This document shows, in pieces, positions 28,901 to 39,526 of a stretch of 64,000 nucleotides of DNA. Source of the DNA: a virus (lineage: Duplodnaviria; Heunggongvirae; Uroviricota; Caudoviricetes); the IMG/VR virus record IMGVR_UViG_2541047680_000004. The stretch is one strand, 5' to 3'. Numbering within the stretch: position 1 is the first letter of the stretch; every line of letters starts with the position of its first letter. Below the pieces are notes generated by a model, which had not been told where the DNA came from, ran no database searches, and saw only the letters and a list, made by a program, of their open reading frames with translations. The translations under genes and the position numbers were made by a program.

Positions 28901-29712
28901 GTCTCATCTCCCTTGAGCAAGTCTCTGTGACGCAAGTGATGCGTCGTATGTTTCTGATACATCCCGCCGTAATAAGCACGACAACTAAGGCGGTCGATCT
29001 GGTGATGAAGAATCATTCCATCGCCGATATAAACCGCACAGTGGTCAGGCATTTTTCCGTATTGGATAAAGAAGACGTCCCCACGTTGAGGTTCTGTTCC
29101 GGGCGCAAGCCGTACCAATCCTTCGTTTCGGTAGTTCTGATCGAGAATGTCGTTATCGCCGGTGTACCACGATGGAATATGCAGGTGTGCGTTCGGGTTT
29201 AGTTCGACGTTAAACTCACGCTTCAAATAGTCCCGACACAACATCCAGCAATCAAATACGCCAAATACATACGGTCTGCCCAGGTATGGCATTTCGAAAC
29301 CATCAGGTGTGATCACATTCATCTCGCTAAAATGGAAAGGGGCATCTCCCTCAACATTCTTGCGAATAGCCAGAATCATCCACGGAACTTCCGTCGCTTC
29401 GCAGCCTGCACGATCGGCATAAGATGCTTCTGCTGATTCATCAGTATGTGAATGCCAGATTGCGATAACATCACCCGCATCCTCTGCCGCCATAATGTCG
29501 TCAACGTGCATTACAAAAGTGTTCTGCGGGTTCTCCGAAACATTCCGCGCTTCCATAAAGCGATATTTGTCGCCATTAGTTCTAACCAGAAAGCCACACG
29601 CTTCATTAGGGTAGCGATTTATGGCGCAGAGATAGATTTGCTGCATAACGTCAGAGCCAAGCTCAGGGATTGCTTTATTACCCATACCGCGTAGCTCCAA
29701 TAAATCCGCCAA
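28888..29712 (-). CDS. minor tail protein K-like (MPN/JAMM + NlpC/P60)
   Basis: HSHTDE metal-binding motif and Cys/His NlpC-P60-type segment (DCWML...H); lambda K position. Confidence 0.8.
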   Translation of the reverse strand: MADLLELRGMGNKAIPELGSDVMQQIYLCAINRYPNEACGFLVRTNGDKYRFMEARNVSENPQNTFVMHVDDIMAAEDAGDVIAIWHSHTDESAEASYADRAGCEATEVPWMILAIRKNVEGDAPFHFSEMNVITPDGFEMPYLGRPYVFGVFDCWMLCRDYLKREFNVELNPNAHLHIPSWYTGDNDILDQNYRNEGLVRLAPGTEPQRGDVFFIQYGKMPDHCAVYIGDGMILHHQIDRLSCRAYYGGMYQKHTTHHLRHRDLLKGDETCLS

Positions 29713-30409
29713 AATGGATCACACCGTCGGCAAAATAATTCCGACGCGCATTACAGGCGTCATAACGTTTTGTGCAGTAATCCGCACCAGACATAGACGT
29801 CTGCTGGTTATTTTTGTCGAAATATGGACCGGTATAGCCGCATTCTGGCCCTCGGTATTTCCACGGGCAGGTGTTTTTAATGATCTGACGATACGGCAGT
29901 TGCACCCCCATCAAATCGAACACACTGGACAATTCAAACTCGACAACCTGATGAGTTTCGAGAGTTTTCTGTTCGATAAACCACATTTCATCCGGGAAAT
30001 GTTGGTTTGGATCTGCTGTTGGGTTGCCGTCTTTAAAATTAACGGCATCGAGGAAGCGAGCCAGCGTCATCTTGCGAATAATGCGGCAGCCAACAAGATC
30101 GTCGTTCGCCTGAACTTCCGCAGAGACGGTTCCGGCAAAGTTCGATACCTGAATTTTTGGACGTGGCAACGTTCCCTGGCCAGTTTTGTCAAAGCCTGAT
30201 GCTTTGATTGGCCACGGCTCGTATGTCACTCCTTGCCAGACGACCGGTTGCATCAGTTCGTTTGTTCCGGCGTGGAAGAATAGCTTCCCCCCTGAAGTTG
30301 TGTTCGACATATCCAGTACGAACAACTCAATGAGTGCAGAGGGAGATAAGCTCTGAATATCAGCTTTAATTCCCATTGTTTCATCCTTGAAATAAGTAGG
30401 CGCTAACAT
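29678..30409 (-). CDS. minor tail protein L-like
   Basis: 243 aa with C-terminal Cys cluster (CPWKYRGPECGYTGPY...C..C), lambda L position. Confidence 0.8.
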   Translation of the reverse strand: MLAPTYFKDETMGIKADIQSLSPSALIELFVLDMSNTTSGGKLFFHAGTNELMQPVVWQGVTYEPWPIKASGFDKTGQGTLPRPKIQVSNFAGTVSAEVQANDDLVGCRIIRKMTLARFLDAVNFKDGNPTADPNQHFPDEMWFIEQKTLETHQVVEFELSSVFDLMGVQLPYRQIIKNTCPWKYRGPECGYTGPYFDKNNQQTSMSGADYCTKRYDACNARRNYFADGVIHFGGFIGATRYG

Positions 30410-30458
30410 CCTGTCAGCGCCACAATGATAGTAAATTAGTACTTACTTATCCAGATAC

Positions 30459-30794
30459 TTAAGCCTCAAATACTTGTCTGAATGTAGCAGTTAAGACACA
30501 GTACCCCTGATATCGCTTGACCGTATGACTGTCACATACAACTACAATCTGCTTGCCTCTTGGATTAACCCAATAGAACGATTCAACACCTGATCGCTCA
30601 GTCAGGAAGTCATCGATTGCATTAATTTCGTTGTATGATCTGGTAAAGGTTAACGACCATTCTTCTTTAATACGATTAAGACCTTGAGCCTGTCGCTGCT
30701 CGTAGTCATCACCAAAATTAAGTACCGTTACATTCGGTTTTACGCTCTTTTCAGATTCGTAATCTGGATACCAATTAAACGTTTGTCTTTCCAT
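30459..30794 (-). CDS. minor tail protein M-like
   Basis: 111 aa, immediately downstream of tape measure gene as in lambda. Confidence 0.7.
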   Translation of the reverse strand: MERQTFNWYPDYESEKSVKPNVTVLNFGDDYEQRQAQGLNRIKEEWSLTFTRSYNEINAIDDFLTERSGVESFYWVNPRGKQIVVVCDSHTVKRYQGYCVLTATFRQVFEA

Positions 30795-30836
30795 CTCACA
30801 TCCTTGTGAGACTGCCCCGGTCGGGGCAGTCGATAG

Positions 30837-33800
30837 TTAGTTACGTTGAGTGTTTGGGTTGAGTGATCCGCCAGGGCGTTTCTCTTGAGCGATAGTCTCA
30901 AGCGCGATTGCTTTCATCCGTTGAGCGGCATTGTTCCATATGCTTTCTGTATCGCCGGATTCTGTCGTGCTACCGTCACTATGGACGTTGATCTCAATTG
31001 ATACAGGAGAAAGAACATTTCCGCCTCCACTCATACCATCGGTACTGAGCGTTACAGGGATTGTTCGGCCATCAGGCAATGGAACATACGCCTCATTCAT
31101 AGAACCTTCCCCAAACAACGCTAATTGAGGCGAGTTAGCAATACCGCCTTTCTGGTATGCCCCGAGCGGGATCACGCCGTCTTTTCCGAATATTCCTCCA
31201 TTTGCAAACTTCGGGATTGCAGGAATGCCTTTAGTTCCGTCAGCCACACTGCTGGTTGCGGTTTTAGCAGAGCTTGATGTCACGCTGTCGAAACCACCGC
31301 CAGCCCAAGCTGAAACAAGACCAGATGCAACCGTTGCTCCAAAACTCAACCACTTATTACCAGAGCCGGAAGCATTAGCTCCAAGCATTGCAAACGCGGC
31401 AGACAGCGCGCCGGTAACAGAGCTGAGGTTCTGCATCGAGAAGATGGAGTCCTTCACGGCTTTTGTCTCGGCATCTTTGGCTTCAGTGCTATCAAATAGC
31501 CCTGATACCCAGCTACCAATCGCATTTGTTGCAGTGCCAATTGCGCTGGTGGTCTGCTGTGTTGTTTGCCCCAATCCAGTTACCGAACTGGACGTCTCCT
31601 TCGTGGCTTCTCCTACCGACTTGTCGCCGTTAACAGTGTTGCCCATTCGTACCCCTTGATTGGCAACGGCGGAAGCAACCCCGGTCAGCAAATTACCACT
31701 CTGTGAACTACCAGCTGCGGTGGTTCCCATCCCCAACATGTTCATTAGAGGCAGCGTGATTTGCGACTTCACGACCATATTGGTGATATCTTTCAAAATG
31801 GACTGAGATAGGCTGGAGAAGCTCATCTTCCCGTTAATAACGAAATCAGTCAGGACATCAGTTAAGCCACTAAACAAATCAGTCCAGGTGCTTTCGATCT
31901 GCTCTGCCAAGTTTTCGTATTCCAGTGCCAACTTCTGCGTCGCAGTCCCCGTCTCTTTAATAAGCGCGGTATTGCCAGCAGCAATCAGTTGATTGATTTT
32001 CTTTGTATAAAGCGCCACAACTTTAGGATCAGACGCCTTATCACGAAGTTCTATCAACGCTTTGAGATTGCGGTTGTAGGTGTCTTCGAAATCAGCAACT
32101 TTCTCTTCGCGAGACGGCGTATAGCCAGCACTAATAATGGAATCCGCCTCCGGTGCCCAAGTGGAGATCATCTGCTCAACATTGCGGCGATTAAACATCT
32201 CGCGATATTCAGGTGTCGCATTTTTGAGGTCTTCAAGACGTTTTTTCGCCTTGTCGATCATCTCTTGAGTGATGAACTCGTTAGGAACCGCATTAGCCAA
32301 ATCTGTCAGCGATTTCGTTGTATCGCGAAGAGACTGATCAAACGATACCGTAGCCTTAGAGCTTTCACCCATTTGCCCCATAAGCTGATCGGCTTTGTCC
32401 AGAGCCTTCTGGTATCCGGCTGCCAGTTTCTGTTGCGCTGCCTGTTCCTTCTTGGCCGCACGCTGCGAGGCGTTAGCTGATCGTTGGGCTGCTTTCTCGG
32501 CAGCTGCTGCATCCTGTTCACGAGCTTTAGTTAGTGCAGCAATGGCTGCGGCACGCTCTTCATCGCTCATTTTCTCCAGAGAGCTGGCGCTGGATGCTTT
32601 CTGCAAATTAAGCTGCGTCTTGAGTTGTTTAGGCCCAATAATCGGCTTACCTTCGAAGTCCATCATCGGAGTGCCGTCAGGCAAAGTACGCTGATAAGTC
32701 GCAGAATCCATCTGGTTTCGCATATATTGCGCCAACGCCTTCTGAGCAGCTTTATCAGTTGTACCTAACCCAAGAACAGTCCCCTGGTTTGACATTACGC
32801 CCTTACCAGTTTTGGCCGCGTTATCTCTCTCGAACTCTGCCTGAGTAAGTTCCTGAGCAACGGCTTCCAAATGCTCCTGATAACCACGAATACTGCCTTG
32901 CAGTTTCTGGATTTGCTCGGTATTGCCATCCTTTTTGGCTTTTTCAAGCTGATCATTAAGAGTCGCGATTTGCTTCTCGGTCGCATTCTTACGAGAAGAA
33001 AGTGAATCAACCAGTTTTTGCGCAGGCTCCAGATAGCTTTTGTTTACCGTTTCACGTAACGGTGCCAATAGCTTGTTCTTTTCGTCATCTGAAAGTGAAC
33101 CGTCATCATTGATTTTCTGAATCTTATCCAGAGCCTCCTGCCGGGCTTTCACGAATGTTGCCGCGAAAATCTGGTTTTCCTCTCGAATTTTCTCAATCTG
33201 AGATTCGGCAGCCTCTTTAGCCAAACGCTTTGCTACAGCGCCGTCACCAAGAGCTATCGTGCCGGTTATCTTTTGATACTCTTCCTGATTTTTTTTCAGG
33301 CGTGCTTCGATGTCAGCCTTCGACTCTTTGTGAGTAATAACACCGGCAGAGTTAGATACGTAATTAACGCCCTCACCATTTTTTAATGCTCGTTGATCAG
33401 CGAGAATCTGCTTTTCGAGCTTTTCTGCGCGATCGGCCATCTGTGCTCGTTTGGCCGCTGTCATCGCCTCTGGTATTTTCCTAATCTCGTCAACGACCTT
33501 TGAAGTTTCGCTGCGGAGCATGGTCATGTACGTGATTAGGCCAGCAACAGCTACAGTGGCAACTGTAAATGCTGCCCCTATAGGGTTTGCTGCAATGAAC
33601 GCCGTTAATCCCGCAAAAGCGCCTTTAAGCCCCGTAATCGCCCCACGGATGGCGAAAATAAGAGAGGGGATCGGAGCCAGCCCCATACGTGCCGCACGAT
33701 TGAATCGAGTTACTGCTGTAGCACCGAGATTAAATGGAGTCTGTATGGCGGTCGCCATCGTGGCAAAGGTGCTAACCATCTGGCTCCCAGCGCCAACTAC

Positions 33801-35411
33801 CCCCATGATCCCTGCTCGCATCAGTTTGAACGCAACCATCGCGGCCACGACCTTACCGAGATTAATTACCAGCTCTTGGTTCTTTGCTAACCATTGAGCA
33901 AGCTGACGCAACCCATCGATTGCCGTTGTTAACCCCGAACCTAAAGAATTGGCAAACGAAATCCCTTCGGCGCTATTCATGATTGAAGCCAGTTCTTTCA
34001 TCCCCTTCGATAGAGAATCCAGATATCCGGCCTGACCAACCCGATCAGCAAATAACGTGAATGACGTCTGAAGTTGCGCCAGCGCACCTGTGTAGGTTTG
34101 CATCATGTCTTTCGCTGCGTTCTCATTCTCCGCACGCAGACCAACAAACATCAGAGACAACGCCTGTTTTGCCTCAACCGTACCGCTGGCAACGGCTTTA
34201 GTCAGTTCCCCCATAGTGATGCCTGCGGCGTCTGCCATTGCCTGCATCGCGTTAGGAACGGCTTCACCTAATTGCTGACGTAGCTCTTCCATTGACACAA
34301 CGCCCTTACCGGACATCTGCTGAACGGCCACAGCCGCACGTTTCAACAGCTCACTATCACCACCAAAACGAGCAACGGAGTCCACCAGCGCCTTCAGAGA
34401 ACCATCGGTTGGATCTAAGCCAGCAGAACGAAACTTCACGAAGGAGTCTGTTAACGCCTGCATCGCGAACGGCGCATTTTGAGCCATGTCTACGATGTAC
34501 TTCATATCATCAGCGGCAGCCTGGCCCGGGTTGGACTTCTCCTTATTCAACCCTCGAAGCATCACCCGCATACGTTCCATTTCGGCCGCAGCTTCAACAA
34601 TAGGCTTCTGCCACCCAAACATGATGTCAGTAACCGTTCTGGCTGCATCTCCGATCTCGCCAAGCAGGAAAATGTTGCCACGAAGGCCAGAGAACATACC
34701 TCCTTCGTTACTTTTACCGCTATGGCCAGAAGCGCCGCTACGCCGCCCGCTACCACCATCGCCACTTCCAGATGTACGAACGCGTACCGGCTTGCTAATC
34801 AGTTGCTGACGTCCGATAACTTCGTCCATCTGCTCACGAACCTTTTTCAGTCCCTCGGCAGCCTGACTCGTTGTGACACCCCAATTACTGAGTCGCTTCG
34901 TCGTGGTATTAAGGCGCGTATTCATGCCACTCACGGACGCAGAGGCTTCTTTGACCTCCGTACCAAAGCGGCTTGCGCTTTTGCTTGCATAGGTCGCCCA
35001 ATCAGAGAAATCATTTAGCTCTGATTGCACTTTACGTAATGACGCGGTGAGTTTATCTACTGAAGAAGTTGTCGTATCGACGCGCTCAATCAGGGCTTTA
35101 AGACCAGAATTGAGGCTGGTGATGTTGCCACGCATTTTACGCGTAGCATCTGAAGCAAGCTCAAAACCGGCAGCTACATCCTGTAGTTTATCTGCAGTAG
35201 AATCGAGCTTGCTTTCCAGAACGCCAATGATACGGGCGACCGAACCCAAAGAGCGTTCAAAGGTTTGGATTTTTTGAGCAGGCTTTGTTACCTGCTCACC
35301 AAATCGAGTAAGCAGTTTCCCCGCACGATCGATTGACGCTGTAAACTGTTTGTCTTCCAGCGACAGGATAAACTCTACGTTTTGTGACATTCCCTTGTCA
35401 TCCTCTGCCAA
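30837..35411 (-). CDS. tail tape measure protein
   Basis: 1524 aa, extensive coiled-coil/helical repeats, hydrophobic central segments, Gly-rich C-terminus; located between G/T chaperones and M. Confidence 0.85.
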   Translation of the reverse strand: MAEDDKGMSQNVEFILSLEDKQFTASIDRAGKLLTRFGEQVTKPAQKIQTFERSLGSVARIIGVLESKLDSTADKLQDVAAGFELASDATRKMRGNITSLNSGLKALIERVDTTTSSVDKLTASLRKVQSELNDFSDWATYASKSASRFGTEVKEASASVSGMNTRLNTTTKRLSNWGVTTSQAAEGLKKVREQMDEVIGRQQLISKPVRVRTSGSGDGGSGRRSGASGHSGKSNEGGMFSGLRGNIFLLGEIGDAARTVTDIMFGWQKPIVEAAAEMERMRVMLRGLNKEKSNPGQAAADDMKYIVDMAQNAPFAMQALTDSFVKFRSAGLDPTDGSLKALVDSVARFGGDSELLKRAAVAVQQMSGKGVVSMEELRQQLGEAVPNAMQAMADAAGITMGELTKAVASGTVEAKQALSLMFVGLRAENENAAKDMMQTYTGALAQLQTSFTLFADRVGQAGYLDSLSKGMKELASIMNSAEGISFANSLGSGLTTAIDGLRQLAQWLAKNQELVINLGKVVAAMVAFKLMRAGIMGVVGAGSQMVSTFATMATAIQTPFNLGATAVTRFNRAARMGLAPIPSLIFAIRGAITGLKGAFAGLTAFIAANPIGAAFTVATVAVAGLITYMTMLRSETSKVVDEIRKIPEAMTAAKRAQMADRAEKLEKQILADQRALKNGEGVNYVSNSAGVITHKESKADIEARLKKNQEEYQKITGTIALGDGAVAKRLAKEAAESQIEKIREENQIFAATFVKARQEALDKIQKINDDGSLSDDEKNKLLAPLRETVNKSYLEPAQKLVDSLSSRKNATEKQIATLNDQLEKAKKDGNTEQIQKLQGSIRGYQEHLEAVAQELTQAEFERDNAAKTGKGVMSNQGTVLGLGTTDKAAQKALAQYMRNQMDSATYQRTLPDGTPMMDFEGKPIIGPKQLKTQLNLQKASSASSLEKMSDEERAAAIAALTKAREQDAAAAEKAAQRSANASQRAAKKEQAAQQKLAAGYQKALDKADQLMGQMGESSKATVSFDQSLRDTTKSLTDLANAVPNEFITQEMIDKAKKRLEDLKNATPEYREMFNRRNVEQMISTWAPEADSIISAGYTPSREEKVADFEDTYNRNLKALIELRDKASDPKVVALYTKKINQLIAAGNTALIKETGTATQKLALEYENLAEQIESTWTDLFSGLTDVLTDFVINGKMSFSSLSQSILKDITNMVVKSQITLPLMNMLGMGTTAAGSSQSGNLLTGVASAVANQGVRMGNTVNGDKSVGEATKETSSSVTGLGQTTQQTTSAIGTATNAIGSWVSGLFDSTEAKDAETKAVKDSIFSMQNLSSVTGALSAAFAMLGANASGSGNKWLSFGATVASGLVSAWAGGGFDSVTSSSAKTATSSVADGTKGIPAIPKFANGGIFGKDGVIPLGAYQKGGIANSPQLALFGEGSMNEAYVPLPDGRTIPVTLSTDGMSGGGNVLSPVSIEINVHSDGSTTESGDTESIWNNAAQRMKAIALETIAQEKRPGGSLNPNTQRN

Positions 35412-35667
35412 ATATTTGCATCAGTTGCTCTTTGGCGTCAGGGTCTGCCTTATCCTGGCTTGGATCGTAGACTTTATCTGTTACGACTGGTCTTCCAATC
35501 CTGAGTTGCAAACCCTCCATGAACGCCTTCACAGCCTCGCCATCCGCCTGGGACGCACGAGCGACTTGTAAGTTGCGGACATCCTCTTCCGCACGCAGAC
35601 GGTCTATATTGCGACTGAGCATCCAGAACATCGTGAGAGGAACGTTCAGTAGCTCTAATGGCGACAC
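35398..35667 (-). CDS. tail assembly chaperone T-like segment (expressed as G-T fusion by -1 frameshift)
   Basis: Frame is open upstream to 35,784 overlapping the 3' end of the G-like gene in the -1 frame; track ORF starts at GTG. Confidence 0.5.
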   Translation of the reverse strand: MSPLELLNVPLTMFWMLSRNIDRLRAEEDVRNLQVARASQADGEAVKAFMEGLQLRIGRPVVTDKVYDPSQDKADPDAKEQLMQIFGRG

Positions 35668-35747
35668 GGCGTAGTGAGCAACTACACGACTGAAATAGAA
35701 TCCGAGATCTATTGAGACGGTCCTTGTCCCGGATTCATCGCGGGAAA

Positions 35748-36065
35748 TTACTTTGCCCCTTCGCCAGCCGCTTTTTCGTTTTCTTCATCAATCACTTCCA
35801 TAGCGAAGGTGAAGATCTGCTGGAGTTGCGGAACAGTCAGTTTTTCAAGAACTTCGTCAGGTACTGAAGGGATAACCTTACGAACCAGATCTGCATAAGC
35901 TGTCACTTGCTCAACAGGAGACATGTTCATGAGATCTTTACCTTCCATCTGCTTGATGGAAACGAACAGACCTACCGTCATTTCAACGATGGGATATTCC
36001 TGACCGCCAAATTTGATGCTTTTCTTCGGAGGCAGAATGGAATCGAGATCGAGTAATTTGGTCAT
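35748..36065 (-). CDS. tail assembly chaperone G-like
   Basis: 105 aa acidic protein between major tail and tape measure genes with overlapping -1 frame ORF. Confidence 0.6.
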   Translation of the reverse strand: MTKLLDLDSILPPKKSIKFGGQEYPIVEMTVGLFVSIKQMEGKDLMNMSPVEQVTAYADLVRKVIPSVPDEVLEKLTVPQLQQIFTFAMEVIDEENEKAAGEGAK

Positions 36066-36120
36066 TGGTTAAAATCCTTTTAAAAGAGAGGCCCATCCTG
36101 AGCCTCTGCTTAATTACTGA

Positions 36121-36903
36121 TTAATCTGCGGGGTTAATCGTTACTGACTTAGTTGCCTTCTTACCACCGCTATTGCTGGTGAAGGAGATATTTGTAGAAC
36201 CCTGCGCCACACCACGTACCAGACCCGTTTGATCTACCGTGGCCTTTTCCTGGTCTTCGGATTCCCAAACACCGGTTTTGTCTGCGGCATCAGCTGGAGT
36301 GATTTCGGCTGTCAGTTGCACAGTTTCTCCAGCTTTTACGGTTGGAGATTCCGGTGAGATCGACACAGTTTTTACCGGTTTAGGACCGCTCATTTTGCCC
36401 AGAACGCCTTCATCATCCGGGTATGCGCTGAACTGAACAGAGAACACACGAACATCATCAGACTGGTAGGTCATAGTGAAGTTGCCCGCGGTTGCCGCTT
36501 TCGGGATGGTCAACACATAGTCGGTGGTGTCCTGCGGAGTCAGAACCAGCTCCTTCGCCACATCAATCAGGTTAACGCCCTGTGCAGATGTGATCGTGAC
36601 AGAGTTGTCATCTTCGCTCAGAGTAGAACCAGGCATCAGGTCAACCATGTTTTGGAGTACAGACTCAGCCAGAGGCGCGGTGATGGTAATGTTGCGCCCC
36701 TGAACTAATTCGGAAATTACGGTCTGCCCCAACTGATCGACGGTGACTTTCAGCGTTTCAGTGGCTACTTCAACCTGAACACCACCTTTGGTGTAACCCA
36801 AATCCACACCACCAAACGACACCTTACAGGCACCAAGTTTGATGTTTTTTACATGGGTATTAGACATTGATGGAAAACTCCTTTTTCCGTTAATTCTACG
36901 CAT
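36121..36903 (-). CDS. major tail protein (V-like) with C-terminal Ig-like (Big_2) domain
   Basis: 260 aa; C-terminal segment VSISPESPTVKAGETVQLTAEITPADAADKTGVWESEDQEKATVDQTGLVRGVAQGS typical of Big_2. Confidence 0.75.
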   Translation of the reverse strand: MRRINGKRSFPSMSNTHVKNIKLGACKVSFGGVDLGYTKGGVQVEVATETLKVTVDQLGQTVISELVQGRNITITAPLAESVLQNMVDLMPGSTLSEDDNSVTITSAQGVNLIDVAKELVLTPQDTTDYVLTIPKAATAGNFTMTYQSDDVRVFSVQFSAYPDDEGVLGKMSGPKPVKTVSISPESPTVKAGETVQLTAEITPADAADKTGVWESEDQEKATVDQTGLVRGVAQGSTNISFTSNSGGKKATKSVTINPAD

Positions 36904-36941
36904 TCATTGCGCTAATAGTAAGTATATACTTACTAATTGAG

Positions 36942-37298
36942 TTAATTCAATAAATAGCCAGCAAATTCAACAGGAATGCCTGCTTCTATTAATGCCCCAT
37001 CATTTTTGGGATAAATGATTGGCATCGCCATCGGTCGTACAAGTCGAAAATAAACACCACCAGATTCCGTTTCCTCTACTGGAAACATCTCAATGATTTT
37101 ATTGGCTTTCTCAACCGTCGTAGTAATTGACGAACCACGCACAATGATTGTGAATGATTCGAGATAAAAGCCCTGTAGCTCATGATCGATGCTGATACCG
37201 GTATTTGGGTTAATAAGCAGGACGCCAGATTTCACATTGGCAGGCAAGTAGTGACAGAAAATGTCAGTCCCGACCGTGCCAATCTTTGCCTTCTGCAT
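36942..37298 (-). CDS. tail terminator/completion protein (U-like), start trimmed
   Basis: Position upstream of major tail gene; track ORF 36942..37448 overlaps the upstream gene, internal Met at 37298 used. Confidence 0.4.
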   Translation of the reverse strand: MQKAKIGTVGTDIFCHYLPANVKSGVLLINPNTGISIDHELQGFYLESFTIIVRGSSITTTVEKANKIIEMFPVEETESGGVYFRLVRPMAMPIIYPKNDGALIEAGIPVEFAGYLLN

Positions 37299-37326
37299 CA
37301 AACTTGCAAACGCTTCAATAAACACA

Positions 37327-37800
37327 TTAACCTCTCGTAAATCCGGCTTTTCTGGCAGCCTCAAGAATCGCTTCTGAGAACTGCTTCTCGCTAATTTCCA
37401 CCGCTCTTTCCAGAAAGTGTGGCCCAACACGGGGTTTAACACCGGCAATTGGTGGGTTTGTCACGTTCTTCATTCGAGAAAGATAACCGAGTCGGTATTT
37501 ACCCAGCTCCATGTACTTAGCATAGTCACCTACTTCTACGCCCGGATGCCCCTGACGTGGTTTTGCTCCAGACACAGAAAGCTCAATACGCAGCCCTGAA
37601 TAACCTTCTTTAATCACCCTGGCAAAGATGGCTGTCTCCAGAGATCCGGTTTCCAGCGGGGCCATTGCACGGCTGAGACGCTCAACCAAACGCGCCAGCT
37701 TTTCCATGTCCCGAATAAGATATCGCTTAAATGCTTTCTGGCTGTTGTTGAGTCGATTCCCCGCACGTTTGAACTGATGCGCATCGTATTTCAGACCCAT
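37327..37800 (-). CDS. head-tail joining / tail component protein
   Basis: 157-aa ORF in connector region. Confidence 0.45.
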   Translation of the reverse strand: MGLKYDAHQFKRAGNRLNNSQKAFKRYLIRDMEKLARLVERLSRAMAPLETGSLETAIFARVIKEGYSGLRIELSVSGAKPRQGHPGVEVGDYAKYMELGKYRLGYLSRMKNVTNPPIAGVKPRVGPHFLERAVEISEKQFSEAILEAARKAGFTRG

Positions 37801-38135
37801 ATATTCGCCCCTACTTCAAGATGCCCAGGTCTTCCTCGTAGCCCCCAGCGGCGATGAACACTGGACACCTTTAATTTTTGACCTTCAAGGATCAGTACAT
37901 CATCAAGTTGTACAGCCGCTTCCAAAGGGACAACTAACACAGCATCAAACAGCTCCAGACTCGCCTTACCACGACTACCAGAGCTATCAGCACGAACTGA
38001 CGATTTCTCATTACTCTGTTCGAACTTAACCACGCCGACATTCGTCTTCCTGACGAATTGTAATTGCGCCTCACCGTAAACGTTCTTTGCGCCAAAGCGG
38101 TAGATCGCAATTTCTGTTTGCCATGAAATATTCAT
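37791..38135 (-). CDS. head-tail connector protein (start trimmed)
   Basis: Connector-region ORF; internal Met chosen to avoid overlap with upstream gene. Confidence 0.35.
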   Translation of the reverse strand: MNISWQTEIAIYRFGAKNVYGEAQLQFVRKTNVGVVKFEQSNEKSSVRADSSGSRGKASLELFDAVLVVPLEAAVQLDDVLILEGQKLKVSSVHRRWGLRGRPGHLEVGANIWV

Positions 38136-38214
38136 GCTCTCTCCCTGTTGTTGTCGGTCGCTCTCATTACTGGCCAAAAACCCTTTAGACCAAAAGTAAA
38201 TAATGCGACTGGCG

Positions 38215-39048
38215 TTACGCACGGCGAACAATCATACGGTTGTTGATGTAACTGACCAGCAAGCGCCAGGTACTACGAGCCACATGCACGTTTGCAGCTT
38301 TACCGGTACGGTACATGTTGGTTGTTTCACCGATGGACTCTGACAAAATGCCATCCTCTCGTGCTGCGGCTACATCATTGCCATTTGCGATCTCACACGC
38401 TTCGTTGACAACGGCAAGCATCAACGCTTCTTTGAAGTAGTCAGGGAACTCTTCAAACTTCTCCTGCGTCATCTTTTCCCAATCGACTAAATCATGCCGG
38501 TACGCTCCATCTGCTCCCCACGGAATATCATACACATTCAGCATATTTTGAGGGCGATCGTATCGGTCAAAGTCGATACGTAGAATTTTGCGGATTGAGA
38601 ACGGTAAAGTTTTAATTCGTCTGGTAGCCTCAATGAGACGCTTGCGCATTAAGCCTTCACCATCCGACAGCAAAGTGTCCCCATTCAGCATATCGATCGC
38701 CTGCATTTGAGCATCAGCGACAGTTGCAAACGACTGTTCTGGTATCGACAGTTCAAAACTATTCAGCAGAACATACATTTGCCGCTCTTCATGCGTCAGA
38801 CCCGATGCAACAGCCTTCACAATGACGTACCGCAGATCTCGCTCTTTCTCAGAGAGCTGGTTATATTCAGCCGACACGACGACCGGAATCGACATTTGAC
38901 CGCTGGTAATTTCTAGCGGCTCGCCATCAACGAGAATAGCCCCGGTGCTGTCCTTTACTGTGTAGGTGGCAGATTCGATATCCAGCACGTTGAAGGCAAA
39001 TGAAAGAGAAACAGCTTCACCGCTACGATACGAGTCGATCTGCGCCAT
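38215..39048 (-). CDS. hypothetical structural protein
   Basis: 277-aa ORF between capsid and tail modules. Confidence 0.4.
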   Translation of the reverse strand: MAQIDSYRSGEAVSLSFAFNVLDIESATYTVKDSTGAILVDGEPLEITSGQMSIPVVVSAEYNQLSEKERDLRYVIVKAVASGLTHEERQMYVLLNSFELSIPEQSFATVADAQMQAIDMLNGDTLLSDGEGLMRKRLIEATRRIKTLPFSIRKILRIDFDRYDRPQNMLNVYDIPWGADGAYRHDLVDWEKMTQEKFEEFPDYFKEALMLAVVNEACEIANGNDVAAAREDGILSESIGETTNMYRTGKAANVHVARSTWRLLVSYINNRMIVRRA

Positions 39049-39482
39049 TACTCACCGCCTTGTGCTTTCAGGATGCCGTCAATCATTTCGACAATTCCTT
39101 TCGCTTTGACACCAACCTGATTACCAATAACTCGTAGACCGGCAATACCTTCGTTGTCTGCAATTGACTCCAGCTCTTCTCGTGTGAAAGTCTGGATCTG
39201 TTTGGCCGGTTCATCTGGTGTCCCACGTTTCATTGGCACAATGTCAGGCGCTGCTGGCTCGGTAATCAGGTCTGCTGTCAATTCACCACGATCACTGTAT
39301 GCGGCAGACGGAGAAACATTTTTGCCCTCTACTGTTGACGCTCGCATTGAAGCACAAATCCTCTGCTGATCGATAAAAGGCAACTCCGCTACGGATACCC
39401 CGTTCTCGAACTGAACGCCACACAGCATTCCCGAATAACCGGAAAATTGCGGTTCTAATAAAACAATTTTTGCTGGTTTCAT
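39048..39482 (-). CDS. hypothetical structural protein
   Basis: 144-aa ORF translationally coupled to the downstream gene. Confidence 0.4.
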   Translation of the reverse strand: MKPAKIVLLEPQFSGYSGMLCGVQFENGVSVAELPFIDQQRICASMRASTVEGKNVSPSAAYSDRGELTADLITEPAAPDIVPMKRGTPDEPAKQIQTFTREELESIADNEGIAGLRVIGNQVGVKAKGIVEMIDGILKAQGGE

Positions 39483-39526
39483 AACGCTTTCTCTCTACAT
39501 GGGCGGCTTTCGCCGCCCAATATTGA

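Noticed and set aside
31225-35277. Plus-strand and minus-strand ORFs within the tape measure gene (for example 31225..31659, 33451..33897, 34479..35018)
   Set aside because: Embedded in the 1524-aa tape measure ORF; no independent signals.
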